From the NCBI GenBank assembly GCA_026023565.1, contig JAPETS010000002.1, positions 744,001 to 808,000 on the forward strand: DNA of 64,000 nucleotides, given 5' to 3'. The stretch is from Cirrosporium novae-zelandiae. Lineage: Eukaryota. Position 1 is the first letter of the stretch. Each line of letters begins with the position of its first letter. A program made the translations under genes and the position numbers. Of the stretch, positions 47,192-60,994 are shown piece by piece. Below the pieces are notes generated by a model that saw only the letters and a program-made list of their open reading frames with translations, searched no databases and was not told the DNA's origin.

Positions 47192-50100
47192 CTACATCTT
47201 TGAATCGTCTTTTGGGACGTCAAAGAGTTGGCAGAAAAGATCAATATCACCAATAACTCGGAAATCCCCTGCTTGCAGTTTTTCCTTATTTTGGTCTCTC
47301 CAATCCATTATGGCATCTTGAATGGCCTCGTCGTTGTCAATTGTCACAAGGTCTCCATCTACATCCCGATAACGGATACGTAGACTATTTGCCGTGATTG
47401 AACCTAACGAAGAGCGAGAAAGCTTTGCGTCAATTCGGTCAATCAGAGTTTGAAAGCCGATGTTTGTGGGAATTATCAAAGTGACGTAATTTTCACCAAC
47501 AAGAATTCGAGCCTTAAGCTGTGAAGGCATTAGGTCTTGGAGGCTCGGAGGAGGTGATTGCAGAGGAGCTGAATGAGCTTGATGCTGCTCATAATCCTGT
47601 CCTCGCGACACTGCTGGCACACCATCTGGAAGCTGTCCGCTGGACCCATTCCAGTGATGCCTGGTGTGACCATCTTCCATCGGACCATGTGGAGGAGGTC
47701 CGCGGGAATTGGAGCCTGGATGCGGAGCACGGTGACTCTGGGCTCCTGGGGATTGATTCATACCTCTCATCGGCATGCCATGTGGAGCTGGTGAGTTCGT
47801 TTGACTTCTGTTAAGGGGTGCCCTCATACTCGCCATATGTGCAGGGATGGGAGGTACCGGCACATTATCGATCGGAGGTTGTCCATTAGCATATCGCCGA
47901 GGAGCTCCGGGGTTCCCACTATGAATATCTGGGGTACTCGCAGATCGCATTCGACTTTGCATCATCATAACCTGTTGTGAGCTCTGAGATGCACTCATGG
48001 CAGGAAGGGAAGGTCTCTGGACACTTGGCCGTCCATTCACAGAGTGACCATTTGGTCCTTCTCGAGAAGGATTACGCGATGTGGCGGGCGCTGTGTACCT
48101 ATTCATATCTTCATTACTCCATCCATTAGGAGGCGGGGGTTGTCGAGGAAAGGGGAACATTCCAGACTGGGAACTTGAACGAGTGGAAATAGGGGACTCA
48201 AGAGTAGGTGAGAAATATGAGTCCCCACCACGTTCCCCAGGAGACACCGCAGCATTTTGCGGTATATTGGTGTGTAGGGAAGGCATCTGATCTGGATAAG
48301 GGAACCGTGACGGCGGAGGCATTCGAACGGTTGAAGTAGAAGAAGAAGTGCCACTTCCACTAGTCGCTGATCTGGACCTCAGACTGTTGTTCGATGCATT
48401 CCGGCTCATCGAAAATTCCGATTGTCCTTCTTTGGCATAACCATTTATTTGAGGCGGCAGCAAGTCATCGTCATCGTCATCGTCATCGTCATTTTCTGCC
48501 TGGAGGTAGGGATTCTTCAGCTCCCCACTCTGAGTTTTCATGTATGTAAATTCTGTGGTGGAAGTCCCATTGGATACACTATGAGCTCTCTGGTTTTGGA
48601 TTGCCTTATCTCGTTGCTCATTGAATGCAATCTCCCATTTGTTCAGTTGCTCGTCGTTGATAAATCGAATAACAAAATTTTCAACGCCAGGATCCCCTTT
48701 CCAATAAATCCGCATAGTGTAGTCTCCTGATCGAGCCATATTCGTTAATGCTATGAAGCAAAGTAGATATATTTAGGGTAAATCATACCGGATTTCTTCA
48801 TTGTAACTACATCTGTCACATTCTGGATGAATATTCGCCCTTTGAGTTGCAATCTCGGTTTCCCATTCTTTGCTAACATCGGTTTGTCCTTACCAAGCAT
48901 CTTGTTCTTCTGTTTATTGGCATTGACATCCTTACAACAGAGGAGGATCCGCTCGAAGAGATAGAGTTGGTACTGTTCAATCACCGGGAATATGCCCCCA
49001 TTCCTGTTAGCATATTCATTCCTGAACATTGTGACATCCAAAAAATTCCTATTAACAATGCTATTTGCAATGCTCATCTTGGATTTATCTGTACGTGCTG
49101 CAGCATGATGAAAGTGCATATCACTATCATCATGGAACACATGGTTGGATAAAAATAGGGTTCGCAGATCTAATGAGTTTTGAATATTGGAACAATTGCT
49201 GCCTGAGAAAGTGTGGCCAGACATGGTGCGGGAATGTTTCCTCCTCTCCTATGTATTAGGATCATTGGAGTACATTCAGCTAAAGTGGGAGAAGTGGGAG
49301 ATGGTTCCACTTCGGGAGAACCTGTTAGGAATTCGAGCAATGTTGGGAACCCCTAAGAAGTTGGTGATCTCAATGACATTGTTGATGTAGATGATTTTAC
49401 CGAAGCTTGAATTACAGAGCCGTCAAGCACATGTGAAGGCCTTTCTGACGGGATAATAAAGGGGTCGGTACTTGGTGAAGAATTGACAATTCTTGGTCCC
49501 ATAGGGATACCGGAATTTTTACGTGGTCCACTTTTCTCGCCAGAAGAATCTGACACGGAAAGCAAAGAGAGATACGACTTTTTGGGAAGATAGGGAAAAG
49601 GCAATGCGATCTGTGAGGAATCACAAGCAGGCGGTTTTGCATGCTTGATCATTTCCTGAGAGGAATCCATGGGTTCGAATATCTTGCACGTAGATGGGAG
49701 TTGGGACTTGACCACGGTTCCGGAAACTCCTAGGGGTAAATAGGGATGATTAAAACGCACCAATTCGGGCTGGCCGTTTTCAGAAACAAAAATATCACGA
49801 AACCATTGCTTCTGATCAAATGCATGGGAGTCGAAGTGATTACGAACCTCTCGTTCCACGTCTTTTCCTACCCCATCAGATTTAACCACAGTGAATGGGC
49901 CACACAGGAGGAGATCGCCAAAATGCTCCAACTTATGGCCCTTCCAATCATCCACGCGAACGTCGAGATCGGTAAGTGAATTTTGAAGTTCCTGTTTCTC
50001 TAAAATGCGGTTCGCTCGTCGAAGGATCGTTTGCATGGCTTCCTCACCAGCTAGAAGGTCTGCCTGGAGATCTTCACTTAGTTTACCTTTGGTTCTCAAT

Positions 50101-51408
50101 TCCTATATAGGCCATTTAGCTCAAAATCTCTAATGCTATAAACTAAAGCTGAAAGTACCTTGAGTAGTAACGGATATTTTGCGAGCCGCTGGAAAGGTTT
50201 TAATAGGAAACCACTTAAGATGGACGGGACGGACACCATTTGTTGAAATTCCGATGATATTTGTCCAGCTGCTTGTATTTTGTCCCATTCATCGTTTAAT
50301 GTCTTCTGCCGGGTTTGCTCATTAGCAATAAAAGGTTCATAAACACTGAATGACTCTGCATATTGAGCAAACACCCGTCCCCAATTCTGTTGTTCCATTG
50401 GCACTTCACAGTGCAGTTCAATTTTGATCAAAAATCTTTGCGCAAAATCGAGAAGAGCATTTAGGTTCAAAAATATGTTGTGAATAATATCACCAGGAAC
50501 TGAGCCACTTTCCTCAAGTTCCTTTTTGAATGCTTGTAGTGTTTCAAGATGTTGCAGATAATCTCGCTCGGTATCTATCAGTTCTTGTATAACATGCCCT
50601 GCCGCAGTTTTCTTTAAGGGAGCTGAGAGTTGACCAATATTAACTTGGACCGGTTCGCTCGATTCATAGAGACGCCCCTCTTCGCTGAGTTTATCTAAAA
50701 CACGATTGACTACTTTCGTAACCTATAACATATCAGCACTCAGGGTTCGGCAGCAGACAGATTTGCAACATGGTATCAATGACAACCTTCAAAGCACACG
50801 CCAGACAGAAATAGAGCTTAGATAATACTTACTTTGACAAACCCAGTTGTATTTTCCTCATACAAGTCAGTAATAAGAAAACAATCTGCTGGAGAGAATT
50901 TTAATTCATTCATGCAAGCCTGCAAAAATTTGAATGTCCGCGCCTTTCCCATCTTTGATTCGGCCACTTTGGAAGGATCCACGTCTATGGGTTGCGCAGG
51001 GTCCAGAGCATTGTATAACATGACCAAAGGATAACCCCGTCTTAAGTATTTCCACATTTTGGTTACTGGATCCATCTCTTCTTCATCCTGCTCTTGTTCC
51101 TCAATCGTTTTCAGATCTTCCGCAAGGCCTGGAACCTCACCAAGGCGCTGCCTCAGGTTCAAACATATATGGTATAGCGATTGATCTCTTCCCGCTTTTC
51201 GGTTGATGATATTATTATCCGGCTTGATCATGGTATTATTAGCCGGAGTTGAAGGTGAAGAAGCGGGCTGTTGCTCTGTTCGAGTCATCCCGTTAGGATA
51301 AGGAAAATTCGGTCTGCCAGAGAACCCTTGCATGTGAGCCTGAGAATGGATCGACGACGCATTTGTGGCCGTTCTAGCCAGAGTAGGATGAGGATCCATC
51401 GCTAACAT
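47192..51408 (-). CDS. CDC24: Rho-family GEF Cdc24/Scd1 (CH-DH-PH-PB1)
   Basis: Exons 51408-50833, 50722-50159, 50102-49848, 48972-48789, 48726-47192; FLITDLYEENTTGFVKVTKVVNRVLD, FLLKPFQRLAKYPLLLK, VDDWKGH, EREYQLYLFERILLCCK, PB1 RYRDVDGDLVTIDNDEAIQ. Confidence 0.95.
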
Positions 51409-52721
51409 ATTCAAAACTTTCCCTCAAATTTGTGTGTTAAGGAATGCCAACACCGAAGTTCCACGGAGAATGCAAGGGGTCGGTGAAGTACTGGCTGATG
51501 TTGCGACAGCGATTTTTCTTGAAGGACTGAAATTCGATATGAGGGCTTCCTCGGTAATAGTAATTTTCGGGAACGCGCAAACGTTTTGGTGGGAGGCGTG
51601 AAAGGAAGGAGCGCTTGAGGGGGGGGTTTAGTTAGGAGGATCGGCCAAAGAGTGACTGGCGGGATAGGGGTGAGCGAAAAAAGAGACGCTCATCGGTAAG
51701 AGGGATAGAGCGATGGAGTTGACGATAAGGAAGAAGGCTCAAGATATCCAAACAAGGCGATTCATGGGCGAAAGGTTAAAGGAAATGGGTCGAGCTGTTG
51801 GAGGTGAGTTCCCAGGGTTAGTGTTTTGACTTAAGATGGGATGAGTGAGTGGTTAAGAGTGGGCTGGACTGGGAGAGGCGGCCGACTTACAAAATAGGTA
51901 TAGTATCAACGGGAACAGCCGCAAACCGCCTTTTTTCTTCTTCTTTTCTTTTCTTTCTAACTGGCGACCCCGGATCAAAGATTTTTGTTTTAACTCATTA
52001 TGTCCTTACTTCCTCGTTCAAATAGATGATGGATAAATTATATAACATGTTAATAATGAACTAAGGTATAGAAAATAATTAAAAAACCACGTGTGGGGTT
52101 AAGCAAGTAAGCAACAAGCCTTTCCAGGGAATTTCTTGGTACGATAACTTTAACTATTTAATTAAAGAAATATAATTTTTTATTTTATTTTCTTTTTCTT
52201 TTTTGGAGATAACCGTTTATCTAGTTAGTTATTGCGACAGTAATTAAATAGAAAGTTCAGAACGTTCGATAAAAAAGAAAAAAAAAATACGTTGGGTCCG
52301 TTTTTCTTAAGTTGTTCCATAATTACTTCCCTACGAACATTGGCTGTTTTGATTAGATACCTGGGTTAAGGTACCTCACCTCTAATGATTACCTATGGTA
52401 ATGTAAGCCCGGTAAGTACCGTTTTTGTCTGTCTCACATAATAATTAGACCCAAGTCTAACGTCTTTTTGGTCACTTTGTCCCTCTTGGAAATCCCTTGG
52501 CTTGGACTTGCTTTTCGGTTCGTGACTTACCTCATGGATTCCATAAACTTGGCCATAGCGAACTTATCAAGTCGTTATTTCATAGATACTTTGTTGCCTG
52601 AACCGAAAACGACACCTTGAATATATTCACCTGAAATGCTATCTCTTCTGTCCCATAGCTTTTCACTGACCTCTATCTGATCCTTTTCGGATTACTAACA
52701 TTGTTCCTCAGAAAGGACAAT

Positions 52722-55614
52722 ATGGACTCTGATCCTTCCGCGCCGTTTAGTTACAACAATGCACACTTCCCCTTCAAATCGCAATCTTTCCGGTCATCTT
52801 ACCCCCGCTCACCTACCCTGAGCTCCTTTAAACTCGATGAAGGTTATTCCGAAGAAACCAGGAGTCAAACCGAAGGAGATGTAGCCATGGAGCCTGGCCC
52901 AAGCCCGGACGTGTCTCAAGACCATCCCGGCCTTTCGTCTTCATCGCTCTATGGGCTCGCACCATGGGTGTTGAACCTTAGCAAAGAACAGAGAGAGGGT
53001 ATGCTACTCTATTTTGACCCAAGGCTATTGTTTCTATCTGCAAATGACCTAATTACGTGAACTAGACTTTGCTTTTCGCATCCTTCAGTCTCTTCCGACA
53101 ACCCTCAAAGCCGAAGTCCTTGACAAATTGACGCCATTAACTCATTTTGATCCTGTGTATAAACTCCCCCCAGAGATAACCCACATAATATTCTCGTACC
53201 TCGACCCTGTCAGTCTAGTTAAGGCCTCGACAGCCTCGAGGGAATGGAGAGGACGGACTTTGGAAAACTCCTTATGGAAGCAACTCTATAAGCGTGAAGG
53301 ATGGGGATCAAATGGAGAAGAAGTGCGCAATTATGAAGAAGAAAAGACAAAAGAGGCGGGTGAGCAAACCTTGCCAAAGGCTGGCAACTCAAACCGCAGA
53401 GATAGTAGAAAATCAAAATCCAGGCAAACTGGAGACGATATCAACGAACCAAAACAAAAGAAAAGACATGTGGAAACAACCCAACATTCAGAGGGACAAG
53501 CTGACCATCTTCACAATGACACCAGAGAAGTGATGGATGAAATCATGCCCGATGTAGCGCCAAGGGACACATTACTCGACCGAAATTCAAATGCAGGCAC
53601 TGCTAGAGATCGTGTCGTGATAGGCCCAGACCAAACCGGTGGTGACGATTCTATGGCTCTAGTAAAGGTTCCACCTTCCGAAGACCTGGTTGCGCAAATG
53701 CGAAAGGGATTTTCGCTCCTCCTTCCGCCACCTTCGGACTTACAGAAAGTTAACTGGAGGTTTCTATACAACACCCGCCTGCAACTGGAGAATAACTGGG
53801 AAAATGGTCGCTTTACTCGATTCGAACTACCTCATCCGGAGCATCTCCACGAACGTCATCGTGATTGCGTTTATACAATACAATACTCTTCAAAGTATCT
53901 GGTGAGTGGAAGTAGAGACAGAACATTGAGAATATGGGATATCGAAACGGGTAGAATGGTGCGCAGTCCTCTCACTGGTCATGAGGCGTCTGTCCTTTGT
54001 CTACAATTCGACGATACTCCTAACAATGATATAATCATTTCAGGGGGAAGTGATTTTGCTGTAATTGTTTGGCGATTCTCGACTGGTGAAATAATCAAGC
54101 ACATCAAGCCTGCGCATCACGAGTCCGTTTTGAATCTCAGGTTCGACGATAGGTACTTAGTCACATGCTCAAAAGATAGAACCATTAAGGTTTGGAATCG
54201 TCGAGAGATTACAACCCTCTCTGATGAATATCCGAGGGTGGGGAGTGCTTCTGGAAGCGCCCGAGTTCCCTCATACATTATTAATATTGATAGCTTCTCA
54301 AGGCTTGATCTAGAAGCGCGTCTAGCTAGTGGTCAAGACAAGCCATTGGCGCCGTTCACCTGTTTGCTAAAGCTCCAAGGGCACGGCGCTGCAGTGAATG
54401 CTGTTCAAATCTATGACAATAAGGTTGTCTCTGCTTCCGGGGATCGAACCCTCAAAGTCTGGGATATTCGAACTGGTTTATGCCTAAAAACCATTCCTGG
54501 TCATGTAAAAGGAATTGCTTGTGTACAGTTCGATGGAAGGAGGATTGTCAGTGGCAGCAGTGACAACACCATTAGGATATTTGATAGCGATACTGGTGCC
54601 GAAGTCGCTTGTTTGCGAGGTCATACAAATCTTGTCCGTACGATTCAGGCAGGTTTCGGCGATGTTCCTGGGTCTGAGTCTGAGTTACGGACCGAAGCAA
54701 TGGCTGCGGAACAACGATATATTGAGGGAGTACGATCTGGCCGGATACCACCAGAAGGTGCTGATGCGGAACTCTCAAGGAGAGCTAGGCGAGCGCGTAA
54801 GGCAGCTCTAACTCATGCTGACGATATCACAGCTTATCGTGCAATGCTTCCTCCAGGCGGAGGTGGCAGTCAGTGGGGTCGAATTGTATCTGGGTCATAC
54901 GATGAAATGGTGCTCATATGGAAAAAGGATAGAGATGGCAAATGGGTCATCTCTCAAAAGCTTCGTCATGACGATGCACTGCGGGCAAGCGGCAACGTTC
55001 GTGCTCGACGTGATCAAGCTGCTGCATTAGTCCAGATGCGCAATGCTGTAGCAGCACATCAAGCGGCTCACCAAGCGGCCCAGGCCCAGGCTCAGGGTGC
55101 TAACGGGCAGTTAAACCTAAATCTAGCACAGGCTGCACAAAATGCAGCTCATCTTCTCGGCCAACAAAATCTCCCTCTACTACAAAATGCTGGACATCCT
55201 ATAGTTCCACCTGCTCCTCAAAGTCAGAATCAACAACAACAAATTGAGCAGGTTGTAGATCAGGCACAGGTTGCCCAAGGACAACAACCCACACTATCGG
55301 CGCAAGCACAACATGATTTATCGCAACAGCAACAACTGTTAATGCAGGCTTTCCAAGCAGCGCAGCAGCAGCAGCAACCACAACATCCTCATCACCATCA
55401 ACATGTTGTGGGTCCTCCGTTGATAGGACCCGCACAAGGTCTTCATGGGCCAGCAATTCCTTACGGCTCGCAACCCACCTCACGCGTCTTCAAGCTCCAG
55501 TTCGATTCACGCCGCATCATATGCTGTTCGCAACACTGGAAGATTGTAGGTTGGGATTTCGCAAACGGAGACAAGGATATAATGGAATCAAGTAGATTCT
55601 TCAATGGACCTTGA
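52722..55614 (+). CDS. fwd-1: F-box/WD40 SCF substrate adaptor, FWD-1/beta-TrCP-like
   Basis: Exons 52722-52998 and 53066-55614; FKLDEGYSEETRS, F-box LPPEITHIIFSYLDP, WD repeats (LVSGSRDRTLRIWD, VVSASGDRTLKVWD, IVSGSSDNTIRIFD), terminal RVFKLQFDSRRIICCSQ. Confidence 0.85.
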
Positions 55615-56287
55615 ATCAGATGAATATGGGAAAATAATCGAGGCGTTATATGATGGCGGGGCTATATTTTATTTTATTTAGGCAATTTGGGGGTGGCGTT
55701 GCAAAAGTTATTGCTTTCGAAGATGGACATATAATACTCAAGCATCATTCTCTTTTTTTAATTGGCATTGTTTACCTCCCACACAAGGCATGTAATATTT
55801 TCTTGGAGCGTTCTCGCTTATTACCCTTTCCGCCTTGCATGATGTTCGGCTTGCTGGCATAACTACATAAACTTTGTTACTTTTAGTTACTTGTGCTGAT
55901 AATTAAACAAATATGTGTTTCTCTCTTATTCAATGCTAATAAGTAAGCGTTATTCTCCGCGACCAGTATTGCCAAAGCACGAACATGTTTCGAAAGAAGC
56001 CCGCTGAGGAAAATACTTAGTCGTGGGAACAAACAAAAGTGGTCATGCTACAGATGCGATGGTAATACCAAGCCTGCTATTGATTCTAAATGGATATCCC
56101 TCTAATTATAAACACAGACACGTCGGAAACCTAGCCTATACATTTTAAAAGATGGCTCCAATCCTTTCCATTCCCGGTAACATTTTATAGTAGAATAGCT
56201 TCCGCGCGCGATCGCGATCCGGTTTATACCAACCACCATTCTACCCCACCCCACTGCAATGACTCTCTATCTCTCGGGGTCACGTGT

Positions 56288-57526
56288 TTAGGAGGAAGGG
56301 GCGGCGGAAGAATTCCCACCTCCGGGGCTGCTGGAAGAAGAATCATCATCCATGACTCCGCCAGAGGCGTACAGGGTAGCAGCAGCGGAGATTTCATAAG
56401 CGGCGGAAGCGTTGACGCCGAAGGAGATCCAACCGAGGATACCATCGGAAATATCGTCGCCCAAGAGGGTGTATTCGACTATTGGGTCGAAGTCATCCTC
56501 AGCCTCCTGCTCGAGGATCTGGTCACTGGTGTTTTCGGTCAGGTTTTGGGTATTTGTGGAGTAAGGAGTGGTCTTTTCGACCTTGTTGATGAGGTCCTGG
56601 TCGAAGAAGAGCTGGCCGACCTCGCTAACGGTGCCGCCGGAATATGTGTTGTTGGGGAGGACGGTGCCATTCTGGTGCACCAGCACGTGGATGTGCGTCG
56701 CGCGCGACGTGTAGTGGCCTGGGAAGACGGTGAGGAATTCTGCCACGCCGTCATCGCCGGTGGGCTGGATGCCCCGGAGAAATGTGTTGTTGACGTTGGT
56801 GGCATCGTTGCTGTTGCCGTTGCCGCTTGCGACGACGCCGGAGTATACGCCTGTGGCGTTGGCGTGCCAGAAGTCGATGTAGGCGCCTGTGAGGGGTTCG
56901 CATGTGTTGGTGTCGATGATTTGGACGTCGATGTAGGTATCAACGCCCTCTTGGTCCTCGCGGAGGTCTTCACGGATGAATTCGCCATCGACGTCTGGGG
57001 GGGGGGGGGGTGCGAGAGTTGGGATGTTGGTTTTACTCTGGGGAGATGGACTTTCGGGATATTGCTTACAGTATGGCCCTTGGGTCACCTCAGGAACAAG
57101 CATGCAGGAGATGTTGCCCGAGAATAAGACCGAGGGCTCGGTGTCAATAGTGACGCCAGTCAGATTGGTTTCATGATCCGTGTTGATCGATTCTGTGCTA
57201 TTGCGAGCTTGCAGAACTGCTTAATTACAGGGCCTTGTCAGTCTTGTCTTTTCCTTCTCCATATGATCCTTATAATTCTCAAGGGACTTACTAGAACGCC
57301 TACTCAACTTCTGAGCAAGAGCTTGCCTTCTCTCAATCGCCGTCTGCTCGATGCCTCTGGCTTTCATATGCTGAGCGCATTGCTGAAGGGCCCGCTTCGA
57401 GTTCTCGTAGAAACCGGCGCGCTTCGCATGGGTGCGGAGGTGAAGTTCATGATTACCTCCGTGAGCTAAGGCTGTGGTTGCGAGGGATGCTGCGAGCAGC
57501 GTCTGGAAAATAGCAAGCTTGACCAT
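56288..57526 (-). CDS. Secreted intradiol ring-cleavage dioxygenase-like protein
   Basis: Exons 57526-57292, 57216-57070, 56994-56288; signal peptide MVKLAIFQTLLAASLATTALAH; PEVTQGPYY, DFWHANATGVYSG, FLRGIQPT, FPGHYTSRATHIH, GQLFFDQ. Confidence 0.9.
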
Positions 57527-60500
57527 TGTGAATAGGTTGTACTGAGAAAAAAAAACAGTGAGTGGAGAGTTCAAGTTGTACTATGGATAAAGGATAGAAA
57601 ATAAAGACTTTCAAAAGCTATTTGCGAAGATGAATATCCAAGATGTCATCTCCATGAGAGAAACTGCAATCTTTTATACAAGATCAAGAGCCTTAATTGG
57701 CAGTAATGGAAAGGGCAACATCGACGTCGTCCTCCCTTGAGGATCATGGATACCGCTTAGCAATACAATGTCTCCAAGCCCCTTAGTTCCTTAGCGATAG
57801 TAGTAAATCAGTAATTGAAACTCGTTGATTTGTTACTAACGTACATCTCTATCATCAAGGTTCAGAACAATGATATCGACGAGGGCTGGAGAAGTTTCCA
57901 AATCCGGTTTAGTGGAACCATAACCGTAGTCCATCCGTTCACAAATGATGCTCCACATCGCCGCGCGTCGATACTTTGATTCTTGTTTCAACCTCAACTG
58001 AGCAAAACCAAACTCAAACTATGCCCTTGCATAGCCTTGTAAAGCAGAGCCCTGTAAAAAAGGCTCTTGCAGAAACCGTTTCTTTTTTTCTCGGCCGCAG
58101 ATCTTTACGGCTTTTGTTCCCGGGATTTTGGGATCATTGCTGATCATTGCTTTGCTTGGGTTCCACGTTGGTTTCCTTGTAATATGGTCAACAGATAGTG
58201 TTTCCGAGCCAGGAGGATGCTGTGAACAAACGCCCAAAGAGAATGACACCACCGTTGGCGGACCAATGTCCAACGCTTTTGGGAATCTTGCCAGCCAAAC
58301 CAAAACCTTAGATATATCTTATCCACAAAAAGTAGTTCAAAACGCGTAGACAGCGCCACCGTTCCGTTGGGTTATTGGCCAATCAGGAACATTGCATTAG
58401 GCATCCCGAGTGAATAGGAACGTCATTAAAACAATGAGAGCCTCGGAGTCAATGCGTTCGAGGCCTTAGCGGGGGGATGCTAGTTATCTCTAATAATTTG
58501 TTCAACTTCAAGAATTGACAAATATTGGGCGAAGAATGTGACGCGTAAAATGGATATCAGTACAGAGCCCTCAAATGGGATAGACTCGGAATCGAAGCTA
58601 GTTGGCAATATCTCTCCAAGCATTGGACAGTTTGCTAGATTATTTGAAATAGCAGCATAGCGGCAGTTACACATCACTGTAAACAGCATTGCTAGTGGTT
58701 TCCTGCTTGCACAGTAAGGGTCAAGAGAAAGAGATGCCAAGAACGGGGGAGGGCGGAGTGGGGGCAATAATGTTTAAGATGGAAATTGTCGTCATAATAT
58801 GAAGACATTACGGAGTGTGGATTAAAGACGCAGAAGCATAACAATAGGGGCATGCTGAACCAACCATAAAACATCAAAATAAAGCCAAACAGGATGTTTT
58901 AGTTAATCACATATCTAGCATCCCATGCCACCATCGATCTTATTAGCTTTGTTCCTAGTCTGCAAATTCTGGAATGGTGAATAAGAACTCAACACACCGC
59001 GAAAAGAGTGCATAAGCGTCTGCTTCCAAGGATTGGATTGCATCTTCTGGTCACCTAGTACCAAGAGCAACCTCGATGACCTCTCACGGAAACAATCCCT
59101 TTGACCCAGTAGCTCACTGCCAACGTCGAATTCGTCTTTTCAGCCAAAAATGGCACGGTATGTTACTTAGATAACCCTCCCGGATGTTTGATATTTTGAC
59201 GCTCATCTAGGTGACTGATGTTCCTTGTAGTGTATTGTTTTCTCCAGTCGCTGTATCCATATATCTTATCTCTTATCATGTTATCAATTATTCCGCAAGT
59301 ACTATTTCTGATCTGAATCATAGCAGTATGACTTCTCAAGTCATCCTTACTCTCACAAAACTAGGGCGAGGCACAATTCACAGGGCGGCAAAGCTTTGAT
59401 ACTTAGCTTGACAGTCATAAACTAGAAACTTTGAATCCGATCAATATGACTATGAATATTATCCCTGATAAAGAGGAATGTTATAGTATGGCCAGTTAAA
59501 GAAAATGTCCATGAGTGTAGAGGAAAAGAGTATGGAGACGTTAGTGCAACTCTGCTTCTCAAGAGTTTGCTAGAAATGTCTCGTGGTCTGATTGAACGGT
59601 TGTACGTGCATTTGAATTTTCAAGAAAATAATATAAATGAGTTAATATAGACATAGATAGTGAGTCTAGGATACTAACCGTTGAGCGATTACCTTACCAT
59701 GAATATGATGCAGCAACACCATGACTAGAAGGCCAAATAATTCTCTTAGCATGAGAAATACTAACTCTATCCAGACTGTTTGTTTAAGGATCTACTTTTC
59801 TTGTTAATGTCTTGCTTGGAGGCGGCTAGGAAGGAGGATTGGAACCGTTAATTAGGAACAGGTAGCAAGCTGTAGCTCCATCTATTCAAAACCTACTTGC
59901 CGATTACCCTATAAACCATCTAAGCACTTTGCTATATCACCCCAAAGGAGCTCGAGTCATGTCAAGAAAAGAAAAAACCGATATGAAGGCATGTCGAATA
60001 ATTCTTGGGAGTGAAGGCGTTTACAAGGTGATAGAAGTAATTGACATAAGGAAGTGGGCACGTGAATTATATCTTCCTTTGTTGAAAGGCGGGGGAAATC
60101 TTCAAATAGAGTCAGGTTCTACCTTGAACCATTTAACTGGGAAAAGTACAATGAGTAACAGCAATGAGCAAAGGATGATATGTGTATTATGTATGGGTGT
60201 GCTGAAATGATATAAGCGAGCCAAGCTTTGCGGAGAAGGCTGAAGCTGCTTTAGAACTTCAAACATACTTCTTAAGGCTGATGATAAACTAAAGTGTAAT
60301 AACGAGAGAAGCAATAAGAATTAACCAAACCGATAAAGTCGTGGGGTTAGTGAAGTTCTCATACTCGAATAGTACTCGTCTACTGGAGAGTACAAGTAGA
60401 TGATGTGATTCCAAATATAGAACAAGGAAAAAAGGATTTTTCCAAAGTTGACAGGTAATTAATTAGCTAATTACTAATTAGGCTAAAACGTAAAAAAAGG

Positions 60501-60994
60501 TTTCAGGGGGTAGAGCCTGAGAAAACAAAGATGAATAAATTCAGTGCCTGAGGAATCAATGCCACAGCCCTCTGTGAGGTGTTTCATCTGGCCAATTGCC
60601 TGGCACGTGCTTGGCCATTGCTGTGCAAGGGGAAAGTGCGGTGCAGCCATTCAAGATTATGATTGGTCAATTTCCCTCGACCTATTCTCCGCTCTGGAAC
60701 CCCCTTCATTAAAACCATCACTGTACCTTCCCATAGTAATCTGTCCTCTTTGAGCTCTTAATCTCTGAGACTCATAGCATTAAATCTCCAAATACTGCTT
60801 TTTCTCAATTTTGATTTATTTGAAAATCCCGTCTGTATCACGTTTTACAAACAATCCCCTGAGGCCAACTCTCCCTTTCATCAAAATAAATACATTCACT
60901 CTTCCAGTCTGCCATCCATAGCTTTCTCTTGGAATACAACCTCACCAAACTCACTTTCATTTCCCATTGCTACTAAATAGAATCCTCTATCACT

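Noticed and set aside
28257..57526. Possible catabolic gene cluster (aminotransferase, xanthine dehydrogenase, dioxygenase)
   Set aside because: The genes are 10-13 kb apart, separated by unrelated housekeeping genes, with no shared regulator or transporter.
57600..60500. Short ORFs and one possible intron (about 59158-59210) in a 3-kb intergenic region
   Set aside because: I could not assemble a credible coding model or recognise any homology.
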